This document shows positions 23,758 to 37,936 of a stretch of 64,000 nt of DNA, piece after piece. The position numbers were made by a program, and so were the translations under genes. The notes beneath the pieces are model-generated. The model was not told where the DNA came from. It was given only the letters and a program-made list of their open reading frames with translations, and searched no databases. Positions within the stretch are counted from its first letter, which is position 1. Each line of letters opens with the position of its first letter. Source of the DNA: Camelus ferus (Eukaryota); the NCBI RefSeq assembly GCF_009834535.1, contig NC_045697.1, forward strand, positions 82,028,001 to 82,092,000. The letters run 5' to 3'.

Positions 23758-26515
23758 TTGAAGTGTCAATATATTAATGTATTTAAGCTAGAATGTTGAA
23801 ATATGGAAATAAAAATTAGAAATGTAAAATAATTGTTATATAGGTAAATATTCAGGAAAAAAATTCTGACTAAGAAGAAAATAAACAGTACATTATTAGG
23901 CTGAAGATTTATTTGGAATATTATGGTTTTAAAAATGGGAACCAATTTTCTTAAATATCTTGAGATTATTTTTTAAGAACTTAAGAGGCATCAAGTCTTT
24001 TTTACCATTATAAAAGATTATACCATTATTTTGTGTGTGTGTGCCATCCAAGTTTTCAGCTAGTAGGTTCACTTGAATAAGAAATTTCAAATAGTTTTTC
24101 TTCTTTTCCAAATCAGTTTGAACCTTTCCCAAACTAGGATTTCAATTTATTTGTTAAAAATCCCAGAATGTTTCTGTTGTACCTCAGGGACTGGAGGCAA
24201 AGGAGTCTTCAGTGAAGACTAAGGTATATTTAAGGTCACCCTATGTTCTCTTCTCAGGGCTTCTGCACAGATTTCTCAGAACTTCTCAAAGACTCATCTG
24301 TTCATTGTTATCCTCTTTCTTTTGTATAATTAAATAAAAATTGTATTTATTCTTGCAAATAGAATGACTTGGGCATATTAGACTTATATAACTTATTTTT
24401 CTCTTTTACATGTGAATAAAAGGAAAAAATGAGGTGACATTGAACACTGAGGATTATAGGAGAAACCAGAGCAATTTCTGTAGTCTGTATCCAAAAGGAT
24501 CACAAAAAAGCCAATAAGATTTCATGACCTTCAGGGATATTTCTATAAATAGTATTTCTGAATATAATAGATAATAGTCTACAAAAAGTATCTTCTTTAA
24601 ATCTCTTTCTATAATTGTAAATACTTTAAAGATAGCAAACATTGTATATTTTAATGTAGAAGATAATGGAAGAAATTTGAAAGTTAGCCAAGGCACAGAA
24701 GAAAGTTACGTATTTACAATTCTATAACTAAACCAAAGAGCATGGTGTAAGATGTTAAATGTCAAGTAACTGAACATTTAAAACAAAGGCCACCAGCATT
24801 TTCCCCCTTCATTCTTTTATCCTGTACTGCTTCAAAATTCATAACACAGAATAAACTAAAATTCATCTTCCTTCTTTTTTTTTTCCTGGATGACCTTTTT
24901 TCCTTTTTTTCTTTGTCCAACCTTAGAGAATGTCTGTATAGTCCAATGTAAAGGAAATCGATATGTCCAGATTGCTCATTTTTTTTTAAAGTGGAATAAC
25001 TTTTGCAAACTAATCAAGGAAGTAAATCATCAAGGAATAAATATTTAACAACTATTCATCACACTAAAAATTTAAAGTATTAGCCTCATAATTTCCATAT
25101 CACCATATTGATTCTTTAAATGCAATATCTAGCTTGTTTTAATGGTGCTATAAACAAAGTGTTGAAGGAGTCTTATAATATTAATGTTCATTTATTTTTC
25201 ATCGATTAGTTGTCACTATTTAGCTCTGGAATCAAACTAACATGTGCAGTGTAATACTTTAAATTCAAGAATTCAAAATTATTTTTGTGAAATATGATAG
25301 GAATTATTTTCATAGCCTATAGGAACAATCTCAACTTTTTATAATTATAACTAATATAGTGCATTTCTAATAGCCCAACGAATATTTAAAATATTATTTG
25401 TACCACAGTGATTCTATTTCAATTTATTCTATTCAGTTGTAATCTACTCTAGTAGTTCCATGCAAAAATTTTGGCAGGATCAAATAACTGTTTTATACTC
25501 ACTAAGAGTTTACCACCCTCAGTTTACCATAAGCAACACAGTTAAGACCAGCATTGGCTGTACTCTATTTCTTTATTGACATGAGAACTTCCTATTTATA
25601 TTCTACTTGGATACAGTCCTCAAGATAGATGTGCTCTACTCTTTTTTTCTGAGTGTAAGGAGGAAGATGGTTCACCTTCTGATGAAAGAGCTATTTTTGC
25701 CAACATTGTTTCTCTTTTCCAAAGCCTTGTGCTTGACTTCCATTTTGCTTTGCATAAAAATAGCGCAATATTTTAACTCTGTTTAGTGACTCTATCAGTG
25801 GATCACAAAATAAGGTAGAAATACATTGTATTCACTTCAACCTTGACAGCTTTCTGACACTCCTATAAAGCAGGTAGGTCATTCTTTCCAAGATGAAATT
25901 TGGACTGCATAGCCCAGGAGAATCAGGGAGAAACTCTGGAACTAAGCTTATTATTGTATTATGTGTTTGAAAGCATAATTCTTTCTAGATGAGTGCCCAA
26001 CTTGTGAACTCTTTGTATAGTTTTTCACTGTTGATTCATATAAATCTGGAATGTAAAAGAAAACTTAGAATATGCTTGCAAGTTTATTGGAAGATACGCT
26101 TTCCAATAATACACCAAACATTTACTTCTTTAAACAGATCCTGAAATATCTGCACTTGTTTAATTCTGGAAACTATGAAAGAGTCCATAATTCTAATCTT
26201 TGATTCCTAGATTAGGCTACCATTCACATGGATGAAATAATGTCAGGTATACCATTTATAAGAAGAACAAGTGAGCTGACCATTTGTTTCAATCCAGAGA
26301 CCCTGTACACAATTAAGCAACATTAATGATTCCTTCTGATATAATCCTTCTGAATAAACAGTTCTACCTCTTTTGGAATCCACTGTCTGGCACTAAAGTA
26401 CAAGTATGTGGTCTCAGTTGCCCCAGGTTGTATCTTTCTACTAAAGTCTGGGAGAAGATTTTAATAACACAATCTCCCAGCAGCATCACGAACCCATAGA
26501 AAATAACCAAGAAAG

Positions 26516-26585
26516 ATATATGTGTGTGTATGTGTGTGTATAAATAAATAGATATGTACACATATATGTATATATGTGTGTATGC
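26516..26585 (+). repeat. Degenerate (TG/TA)n simple repeat
   Basis: Directly visible. Confidence 0.85.
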
Positions 26586-29500
26586 AAATATTGTTCCCCT
26601 TAGTAATATGTTCTTCAAGAATTTGATGATTTTAGTATCTTCTGAGCTCTCTCCTCAAGCACAGAAGCATAGTTTGGGTACAGGTGGCTATATCCCCAAA
26701 TCTTTTGTTTCCTCTAATTAATTATTTCTCTAATCTATCTTCTTTAAGGCTATGTTCCACTTAGCTATCAAGTAAAGAATGAATAATTCAAACCACATTC
26801 TTGTGTTCCAAGTGATCTACTGAATTCAGATTATGGGCAAAGACATTCATTTCTTAAAATTTACTCCAATGTAAAAATATAATATTCTCTCTCTTTTATT
26901 TCTAGCATCCTCAGAATTTATTTACACACAGTGATTTTCTAATGTTTGTATTTTTAACCTTCCTTGTGTTTATACATCTCCCAGAGACAGGCTGATATCT
27001 GATTCTAATGGTAGACATAGAGGCAATGGGGAAGAGGGGCATGGGGAGAATCAGCCTTCCACTACAAGGAAGCTTCCTTAGGTGAGGGAATTCTTAGTTA
27101 TTAAAGAGATGAGCTTCTTCATTCAAGGGAAGCATCACTGCCTCTTCTGGCAAAGTGGCCTCAGTGTACATGGAAGCTGGAGAGTTGAGAACACTGAGTA
27201 ACCCAGATCCTCCCACATAGTAAGTTCTTGGATCTGTACTCTTCCATAAGTGAGTCAGTCTCACATATGCAATCTCATGTTATCCATCAAGTCACTTCAT
27301 GTTTCAAATCAGGTATCAGAAGGATCACAGAATGAGTGTTTTATTCAGCCATCTAAGCCCTCTGATGGTCATAAAACTCCCTATGTTTGACTTTGGATGT
27401 TGAACTAATAATTAAGGGATTTTTGCTTGTGATTAACCCACCTAAATGTCGTTAGAGGTAATTATGCAATCCTGAGTTATTGAACTCATTATGGTATTCG
27501 TATTGTTCTCAGGCAATAACTATTCAATTTAGTAAAACCTTTTGTTTTAAACACTTTCTTCATGCTAGTTGGATAAGGTTGGTTTGGTTTGTTTTGGTTT
27601 GGTTTTTCATCACTTTTCACCTCGAGCCATTCTAGTAGTTGAAGAGACGTCTAGAGTAGTCCTGCTTTCCTATCCCTGTGAACATGGTGTGCTTGCCTGG
27701 TTTGTTATGTTGATATGGCACTATTCTTACACTTCAATGTGTAGTTTACTTCTGAGATGACTTAGAAGAACAATTTCCCATGCTACTTCATGTAATAAAT
27801 CAGTGGTTGTACTTTATGGCTTCAAAGAATTTTGCATGAGAGACGAGATCTCTAGAAATGTGTCCTTCAGAGATCTTACCTTATTTGTTTCAGAACACGT
27901 GTGCACGTCAGAGCTTAGTTATGTTATTTTTGTTATGTTCGGCTAATTTCAGAAAGTAGAATATCATAGAAATATCTTTATTTCATTACTTTAGAAATAT
28001 TTTGACTTGCAGTTTTGAAAATAATGGCAATGTGTACATTTTTTTAAATGATCAAAATCTAGAATATTGTCATGTTTATATGTTTTGAGTAGGAATGTTG
28101 ATTATCTAGATATCTTTTTGTTTTAAGCATCAGTACAGGCAAGAAATCAAATATCACTGATGAAATGTTTTGTAAATGAACAATGAAATTTATTCTAAAA
28201 CGGGTGTATATCTGTTACTCAGCTTGACAACTAACTGGTTTTCCTCTCACAGATTCAACATAGTTTGTGTAATTTTGACAGATTATTTCTATCTTACATA
28301 AGTGAATTTAGTAATCTTATCCATCAATGTTTGCTCTCAACCTTATTCTAAACCATGCCTTTTATTCTGCATTTACTACAACATAGTTATTTAAAATTTA
28401 CAGTTGAGTTCTTGTTCATTCATCATGATTAAAGTAAAATTTTCTAGTTGGCAGACATTAAATGGGCAGAATAAAACACCGTAGATTTTGAATCTTACTG
28501 GTAACTGAATCAGACTTTGCTAATGTAAAGGCATATTGTTAGCAATTTAAAATCAATGAAGAATAATATCCCAGAAAAGCTATTATGCTTGAGGAGTATA
28601 TTTTTCAAAATAAGATTCAGTTAACATGTTGCAAAAAGAATATTTGTTAGTGCTTACAAATGGTTTAAAGAAGTACATTTTTTTTACTTCAAGTTTATGA
28701 CTTATTGTTATTGTTAAAATCTTTGAGAGATAGGTAAATGACCAATGGGATTGATATGAAATTTAGATAAACCAACCCAATCTTTAGCCAGAATTACAAT
28801 GCTACAATTAAAATAGACCCTAGTTCTTAGTCTGTATAATAGATAATTTGTTAAAACAAAAAGCAAGCAAATAAACAAACAAAACTACAAATAGAATTCT
28901 ATATTAATCTGGCACACTGTTCAAAAGGGTATTTGTATCTGTTTTGTTCTCTTCTACTTCTATACAATTGATTGTAAATGCATATATAGGAACTAAGAAT
29001 GTGAATATTTTCATCAAAGAAATAGAAAGCTGAAAAAGTTCAAATATTTAATGAAATAATTTTTTTCCAAGGATGAACTAGAGACATTTTACCTTACCCA
29101 TGCAATATAAGCTCAAGTCGATGGCACATGCATGCTTCCTGCTTTAAAAACAGAGATGAATAGAGTACTCATCTTTAATATGAATTCTCAGCTATTTCTG
29201 GAGCGATATGATTTGCAGTACTTTTAAAAGCTGGGGGGAAGCTTTTTATTGTCCATTGGCTCAGCAAGGTCTCATCAACAAAATTTTAAGTTTATTCCAC
29301 TATTAGATAGGCAATGCTACTAAGTCCTTAATTGATTTCCAGACAGAATCTCTCTGTATTCATTCATACCAGCGCATATAAGGCTTGATATGATGGTCAT
29401 ATGGAAAGGCAAAGACTTCATAGATGATACTTTTTTGTCTTTTTTCTATATTTTATCAATTCTAGTACATTCTCTACCTTCAAATTTCTTTTTAACACAT

Positions 29501-31499
29501 GTATTTTAAATGTTATATAAACAAGTTATTCACTACTTTTCCAACTTGCTATAATCAATTCTGAAGTAGTCCTGCCTCTAGTTTGGCTGTACAACTTTCA
29601 AATTCTCTTCAGTAGGAGCTTGATGAAGTGTGATGCACAATTTGTAATGAATCTCAATCTGAAAAGGCTTGTTTTTCCATTCCCTGAGTTAAGTCTCCAG
29701 AATATACCTGACAAAGCCCATATGTATCTTCAACTATATTATGTAATAATTTAATCAAGATGTGTTCAATGCTATCAGCTTTACTGCTTTTATGATGATG
29801 CCTCATATATGATTCATGGGCATCTGAAGAACTAACCTTTAAACAATGATTTGTTATTTTTCTGTAGAAGTGGGTTTATTATTGATTCATGACTTCCCAG
29901 GAGAAAGATGATAGAAATTGGTCTGATTTCATTATAATACAACTCTGAAAATCACCAAACAACCTCTTTATAGTTTAGCACTTTATAAAATCAAATACTT
30001 CATTTGTGCTGGGGCAGAAGAGGAGGCAGTCCACAGAATTGTGAGAGAGGGCTTTTAAAAGTTATTGGGTCTGATCATTACAAGTCCTCATTTTCTTACT
30101 TTTCTTTATACGTACCTCAAATGATTGAGATTACCTCAAGACATTATATCATTGATTGGCACAGCAGTTTCTGGAAATTTACATTGATTTTTTTTTCTAT
30201 TACAGAATTTTTACTTTTAATAACAACAGTTTTAGCATTTTCAAAGAAGTTCAATATAATTCTCATTTTATTTTCATGTAATGTAATATTTGGTATAATT
30301 ATTATTATTATACATATATGGAGACTGAGTTTATACTGTTCAAGTATATAGTTGAACATTGTATATATAATTAGCAGAAGAACCATAAATTAAATATAGG
30401 ATCTTTATGGAAAATTCATCTTGCTTTATACTATACTAGGTTTATTTAAGGATTTAGAGTACTATTGGATATAAACAAGACACAAATATTAAAACATTTT
30501 TCTTAAGCTGTTACAAAATATTTGCAAAATAGAAGAGTTATACTCAGTACTCATTACCATTAAAGCCAAGGGTTGGAAGCCAATCTTTCTTCGTAGAGTT
30601 TAACATATGTTGTTGCATAATCATTTGTTCATTCAAGAAACTAGATATCTATTAATTTCCAGGACTATACTAAGCATTAGTAATATTTTTTTTAATGTTG
30701 AATAATAGTCTCAAGAAGTTCATCATATTAAGTAACCTGAAAAAAATTTTTTTGGAAAAGGATGTAGGCTATAATAGTGGATTAGGTCCATGGATTTCAG
30801 AGGCTGTTTCAATAATACCAGGAAATTTCTCTTAAAAACGTAACAAAGGTAGCACAGATTTTAGCCAAGAGGAAATAGCTCATTCAAATGATACATAAAA
30901 TGTAACTTTGAAAGCAGTGGAAGAATGCTTTTAAGTTGGTGTGGAGAATAACTCCCACTTTTCTGCCATGACCATTTATATCATGGTGCTTTCATTCATT
31001 TAAGATTAACAAATACATTCCTCATAATGACCTAAAAAATAAGACTCAAGTTTACAATGCATGCAGTAAGTCCCAATGCATGGTAGTCCTCTTGTTAGTT
31101 AATTCAGTGTCTTAGTAATGTCATCAAATGCCCAGATTGTTTTTATTATTACTTTCCAGTCAACTCTGTTAGATAAGTTTATCCTTATGTTATAGAACTC
31201 AAGAGTTTTCCTCATGCCTCATTTACTAGTAGGCTTCATATTCCCAGAACAGACTCAACCCATGGTTGGTTGACTTGCACCACTATGATTTAAATCAATC
31301 AGGACCCGCCCTCCAGGAACTGGAGCTAGGCCAACTTCACCTATAGCACATGGTCCAGGTGAGGAAGTTAAACACCTTAATAAAGTTAACAACATGTTCA
31401 GAACAAAGAAGGGGATTTTAGAAAAGGAAATTTTGTGGTCCATTCTTAAAATCATTGATAAAACTGTTTATAAGCTATGTTGCTACTCACAGCAACAGG

Positions 31500-31800
31500 G
31501 AACACAGATTGCTGGGCAGTTTTGGAGGGGAAGATGAAAACTTCAGATTTGAGAAGGTGGATAATGAGCTTTCCAATAGTTAACAAGGAAAAATAAAATG
31601 TATCTGGCGCTCTAGGAAGTGGTTTGGCCCAACCATATAGATTTTAGGTGAAAGCCATAATTATGGATTATTTCACCCAAGAAGAGTGTGAACGAGCATG
31701 AGAAGAAGCTTGAAAGTAGTGGTTTAGGAATATGAACACTTACATGAAACACAGATGTGGAAGAATTCTGAACAGTAGTCACAGAAGAAACAGAACCAGC
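31500..31800 (-). mobile_element. L2 LINE fragment
   Basis: gcagttttggaggggaagatgaaaacttcagatttg...atggattatttcacccaagaagagtgtg. Confidence 0.55.
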
Positions 31801-32216
31801 CTTGGGGTTGTGTTTTGTTCATATGAATTTGGAAAACTTAATGGAAAAATACATTTTGTAATGTATTAGCATCAATTTGTAATACTTAACTAGAAAATAT
31901 AAATATATTTTATAAAAATATAAAATATATGGTACATAAATATTATGTACCATAATACCTTTTACTATTTTAGTTAAACTAAGTAGAATAATAAAATATA
32001 TAAACTTGTTTTCTCTTATTATGCATAATGATATTAAATCTGATGAGTCTCATTTCACAGTGAGAAGACAATTTGATTTTAATATATACTAATATTATTC
32101 CTGAATAGACTATCTCCTCTATCAACTGATGTTTACATCATTCTTAGAATTTTTAAAATATTAACAGCCCATAAATTATAATCTTGTTTCTTTCATGCAG
32201 AAAAAAATAAGCTGTT

Positions 32217-32500
32217 GGCATCCCCATTTAACTATGGATTATTAAATTATGTAATCATTATTAAGTTATTTAGTAATATAAATATAATATCTAATAATAT
32301 TATTTAATAATAATTTAATAATAAATGGCATTACCATTTAATTATATATAAATTATTTAATAATATAGATTACATTATTTACTAATATTACTAAAGCATT
32401 TAATAATTTTAAATTTAAATAAATAATAATTACAGATTATTAAATTATTTAATAATTATTTAATAATAATAATACTCCATATTATTTAATATAATACTTA
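32217..32500. repeat. Extremely AT-rich degenerate repeat
   Basis: Recurrent attatttaataat units with very few G/C. Confidence 0.85.
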
Positions 32501-32825
32501 TAGGAAAATATAAGAAAATGTTTACAAGTTAGTTACAGAGGCAAAAATAATCCAGAACACTAACGTTATTTATCTAAATTTACATGTACATGGCCAACCC
32601 TCAAAAATAGTATCATTAATACTAGTTGTGCCTCAGCTATATCAATTCAGTAACTATAGGCTTGCCTAGACTACATGGAAGTAATACAATTTGCATTACT
32701 TTATGTTATTAAGTTATTATTTTTTTATCTTTACATTTCTGTAGGACATGTGTGGAGTGGTAAATATGTTTCTAGGTTTGGACATATTTTAAGTAAAACA
32801 TTTATGTTAAATCAATTTTAGTCTT

Positions 32826-34510
32826 TTTAAATATGTTTTATTTTTTGAAGTATGGTTGATTTACAAAATTGTATTAGTTTCAGGTGTACAAAATAGTGAT
32901 TCAAATTTTGTATAGATTATACTTCATTTAAAGTTATAAAATATTGGCTATATTCCTTCTGCTATACAATATATCCTTGTAGCTTATCTACTTTATACAT
33001 AGTAGTTTCTACCTCTTGATCCCTTACCTCTATCCCCTCACCCCTTTCCTCTCCCTACTTGTAACCCTTTGTTTGTTCTCTATATCTGTTAGTCTGTTTC
33101 TGTTCTGTTCTATTTATTCGTTTGTTTTATTTTTCAGATTCCACATGTCAGTGATAACATAGAGTATTTGTCATTCTCTGTTTGACTAATTTCCCTAAGC
33201 TTAATACCATCCATGTTCATCCATGTTGTTGCAAATTGCAATATTTCATTCTTTGTTATGGCTGAGTAGTATTCCATTGTAAATATATACCATATCTTCT
33301 ATATCTTTTCATCTGCTGATGGACACTTTGACTGCAACCATTTCTTGGCCATTGTGTATAATGCTTCTTTAAACATGGGGGTCCATATGTCTTTTTGAAT
33401 TAGTATTTTTGTTTTATTTGGATATATACCCAGGAGTGGAATTACTGGGTCATATGGTAGTTCTATTTTTAGTTTTTTGAGAAGCCTCGATAATGTTTTC
33501 CATAGTGGCTGTACCAATTTACATTCCCACCAACAGTGTATAAAGGTTTCCTTTTCTACCTATCTTTGCTAACATTTGTTATTTTTGATGCTATCCATTC
33601 TGACAGATGTGAGGTGCTAACTTATTTTGGTTTTGATGATTAGTGGTGTTGAGCATCTTTTCATGTGCCTGTTGGCCATCTGCATGCCTTCATTGGAAAA
33701 GTGTCTTTTCAGGTCTTTTGCCCATTTTGTTTTCCTACTGGATTGTTTGTTTTTGCTGCTAGTGAGTGGGATTGTGTCTCTGCCCAGCTAGTTGCTTGGC
33801 CTTAGGTGTCCTCATATTGGTGCCTACAGGCTTGTGGGCGGCAGTTAGGTTGGATCGTAGGACTAATAAGCTAGAAGGAGGATTCCAGGTTGATTCTTGC
33901 CAGCACCAGTGTCCAAGTGGTAGATCAAACTCCTGAAAATGGCTGCCTCCAGTGTCTATGTCCCCAGGGTAAGCTCCTGTTTTCTCTTACCTCTCCAGGG
34001 GACTATCCAAGATAAGCAGGTGGGTCTGACATAGGCTCCTTTCAAATTACTGCTTCTTCTTTGGGTCCCATAGCATGTAAAATTTTGTGTGCACCTTTTA
34101 AAGGTGGAGTCTCTATTTCTCACAGACCTCTGGGATTCCTGAAAGAAAGCCCTGCTGATCTTCAAAGCAAAACATTCTGGGGGCTCATCTTCCCCTCGCA
34201 GAACCCCTGAGCTGGGGAGCCTGATGCAGGGCTCAGACTCTTTGCTCCTTAGGGAAAACCTTTTCAACTAATTATTCTCCCATTTGTGGATCACCCACCA
34301 GTGGTGTGGGTCTTGACTATACTGCAACTCCTCTCCTCCTACCTGTCTCACTGTGGTTTCTTCTTTTTATCTTTAATTATAGAAGATCTGTTTAGGGAGA
34401 TTCCAGTCTTTCTCATCAATAGTTGCTGTGAAAATAACTGTAATTTTGGTCTGCCCATGAAGATAGGTGAGCTCAGAGACTTCCTACTCTGTAATCTTGC
34501 AGCAATCTCC
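32826..34510 (-). mobile_element. Internally deleted LINE-1: 5'UTR (~33760-34510) fused to ORF2 C-terminus and 3'UTR (~32826-33760)
   Basis: ORF 33299-33517 is the ORF2 C-terminus ([18 protein letters not shown]). The minus-strand start caagattacagagtaggaag resembles an L1 5' end. Candidate TSDs flank both sides. Confidence 0.85.
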
Positions 34511-37500
34511 AATTAATTTTCATCTTGATTTGGATGTTTTTCTGTTAGCTTGGATTTGTGGCTATATACATGTTTTCTTTTTTCTTCCACATTACCTTGC
34601 TTTTGAAATTTTATCATATTTAACCAATTGAACCAGCACCATTAAGGTCTGCCTCAGTTTGGAGGTGAAGTTGTTATATACATACTGAGTAATAATGTAA
34701 CCATGTAAATTCTGAGTACCATGCATACCAATATTTGCAAAGATTGACAAATTTGGACACCTTGAAAACAAGTTCATTAGTCAAAAGTCATTGGAAAAGA
34801 ATTTTAACATATAAATTGTACCAGAAAAAATGTTCTCATTTGTATTTATTTTTTAGAAATTGATCCGTTGTGGTCAGCAATTTATTATTATGGACCCATT
34901 GCAAATGAGATAGGTAAAATCAAACTGTCTTCTAACTAACAAGAGGATTTATAACTCTTATACAGAAATGAAGTTAGAAAAATGAAAATTACCCATGATA
35001 AACTTTTAGCCTGTATAATCTTGAAATTGTTTATATTCCAATTAAGGCATTGGTAAACTTTTCAAGTTTCAAGTCCAAGGGTCTTTAAAATGGACTATTT
35101 TGGACAAATTATTATATAGCCACCATACTGTTACAGTATAGATCTGACAAAAAATGGGCCAATAAGATGTGGACTATAATTTATATTCCTAATATTAAGG
35201 CAAATCACTTTGGAACTTTTCCAGTTTAGCACATTTACATAATTAACTGGAAATGTTTAAATACAGGAGGAACTTTTCTCTAGCTCTTTAATTTGGCCAG
35301 TAATCTTCCATCATCACTCAATGTGTTTATGTATCAATGAATAGTATATGTAGAGAGCCTTGTTGAAAGTATCTTCCCACCAGCATCTTCAGCTGTTTAT
35401 AAGTCAGGAATTTTCCCTTACTCTCTTTAGTCTCTTTACTTTACCTATACTTTCATTCTACTCAATTTACTATCCCTGATTTTTTGTTTTTCTCTTCCAC
35501 TTAGTCCATTATCTGGATTTCAACGACAGAGAATATCTGAAAAATATTGTCTTTATATTCCTATTTTTTATACTCCTTTTCTTCTGATTTTGAAGGATAA
35601 GACACATTAGCAAACAAACCTAGTGAAGAGGGCTGAGAATGCTTATATATTAACAAATACTGATCCTGTTATATTTTCATTCTGGTAAAAAATTAAGTAC
35701 TCCTCCATCCCAACACACTTCTTATAATTATACTACTCTTTGCAGTTTCTCTCAGAAGACTCTGAAGAATTTTTCAGATTCGTTCTTCTTTTAGGATACC
35801 TCAGATCCAAGCAATATATAGTTCTTCTCATCGTGAATGGCTGAGAATGGGTAAAAGGTGATATGCAGTGTTAGAATTGTTGACTGTGGTAATGTGAGGA
35901 ATATGACAAGTCCTTCATTCTCAGTATGTTTTTTCCTAGCTATAAAAATTGGACACAAATTCCTCACTAGAAGAAGTATAAGATTTTCACATATTCTCTA
36001 GGTTTAGAACAATAATTTGGGATATGTAGCTAAAATATTGCAGTGATTCCTTTGATGATCAATTTTGACATGCTGAAAATTAATTATTAAGTTGCAGCTA
36101 CAAAACTAAAAGAGAGATTGCATTTTAGAGATATCTGTAAAGAATTAGAGAAACTGGTTATCACCAGTCGATAGAATTTCTTTTCTCACATGAATACCAT
36201 TTCTATCTCAGATAGGGTTTCATTAATTGCTCTCATTTTTGATAAACTGTCAAAATTATTTATTTTCCTTATTGTATTTATAACTTCCAGAATCCCCCTT
36301 AGGTGTGATTAAGTCAACCATTATTTAATAAACAACTTGGATTATAAATCGGCATTAACTATGCATCATTCCTATGAGGAATTAGTCATTTGGGTTTCTC
36401 TAAACCATTGTTCTGCCACTCCTGGGAGAAAGTACTAGTTTTTCTATCATGCAAATATGTAGCATATTTTCCCCCTGTAAAGTGGTATTATGAATTCAGT
36501 GCATGTATTGTAGCCACTGTTTGCTTTGACATTCAGTGATTTGGACTCTGATGTAATCTTTCATAGGATGTGTGAGACCAATCCCGAGCATAACACTGTT
36601 AGACCCTGTTGAACCTCACTCGTATACAATCACACTGCTGCCTCTGAGGATTTCCGCCAACTGCATATGCACTTTATGTTCTGACCAGGGTCAAAGTTAT
36701 TTCCTTAGGTCCTTGGCATAACATGTAATAAAAAAAATTCTTTAGCTTCTGTTAAAAAGTTATTTCCAAGCTTACTTAAAACTTCAGATCCCAAAGAAAC
36801 ACATGCTCCCGCCTTGGGAAATGAAGTAAATAAAGCAGTATGTTCCTCCTAATCTATGTAAATCTGGCATATAGCTTTCAGCTCTCTGAGTAATGTATAA
36901 TTAATGGATTGCTTATTCTTGAGCCTTTGAATGCATTGTTGAAATAGTTTTATATGAATCACAAATTTGAAACTTGGAACTAAAGCAAATAATAAAAGCA
37001 AGAAAAAAACTTTGTGCTGGAGGTTAAAAAAAAAAAAAAAGAAACATTCTTGAATATTTTTGCCCTGTACATAGGGTTATTTAAGAATGACTAGCCCAGG
37101 ATATACTGATAGCAATATATTATACTGCATTCTGATAGAATTTAACTCCCACTAGTCCCAGAAATTACACAAGAATGTAGTAATGTGGGATTTGCCCTGA
37201 AGATGGGCTTAATCCCATTTGAAATTATTCTAGAAAGGTTCATACAAGGGAAATTAATTACTGGTAACAGGATCTTGGTTGAGAAGGAAAATCTATCTTC
37301 TGAAGTCTAAGGCCTATGGGCACTTTGCTTCTCTGGGATGCAAGTGCCCACAGAGGTTGCTCTGTCACCCTTAGATGACCCCAGCACCAGACACAGCTGT
37401 CCTTAAGGGTGACCATAGCCAATAAAGCACTCTGTTGTTACAAACCAGCTACCCAAAGAAGCACAGAACATCAGATACACTTCAGCGGTTGTCAGCTCAT

Positions 37501-37936
37501 GGAACAGACTGACTGATCTGCTGTCTCCTCCAAAAGTATGAGAGAAGGTTTAGAGGTCTTGTGCAATTTGTAGGGTCAGTCTTCTCTTGCTCTGTAAGGT
37601 TATATAAGTCAGTCTGGAGATTAAAAGGGAAAGGGAGTAGTGGCAGAAACCTGGAAGATTGCCTTCTCCAATATATAATCGGTCTCCAAAATTCTGAACT
37701 AACTCAACTATTCAAATTAAAGTAGTCTAACACCATTAGACTAGATTTAATTAACCCCTTACTTGTCCCTACTCCGTAAAATAGATCATTAATTGAACAA
37801 AACAGAAGTACATGTACATCTCTACTAGCTAGCATCATTGTGGTAGTCCTTTTCATAAAGACAAGGCCAGGAAATGCTAGTGAAGACATGCTCACCTGCC
37901 CAACCTCCTTGAGCCAAGCAGTTAGAAGTTCACGGG

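Noticed and set aside
30004..30386. 115-aa and 80-aa hydrophobic ORFs
   Set aside because: Composition reflects AT-rich DNA; no homology or splice support seen
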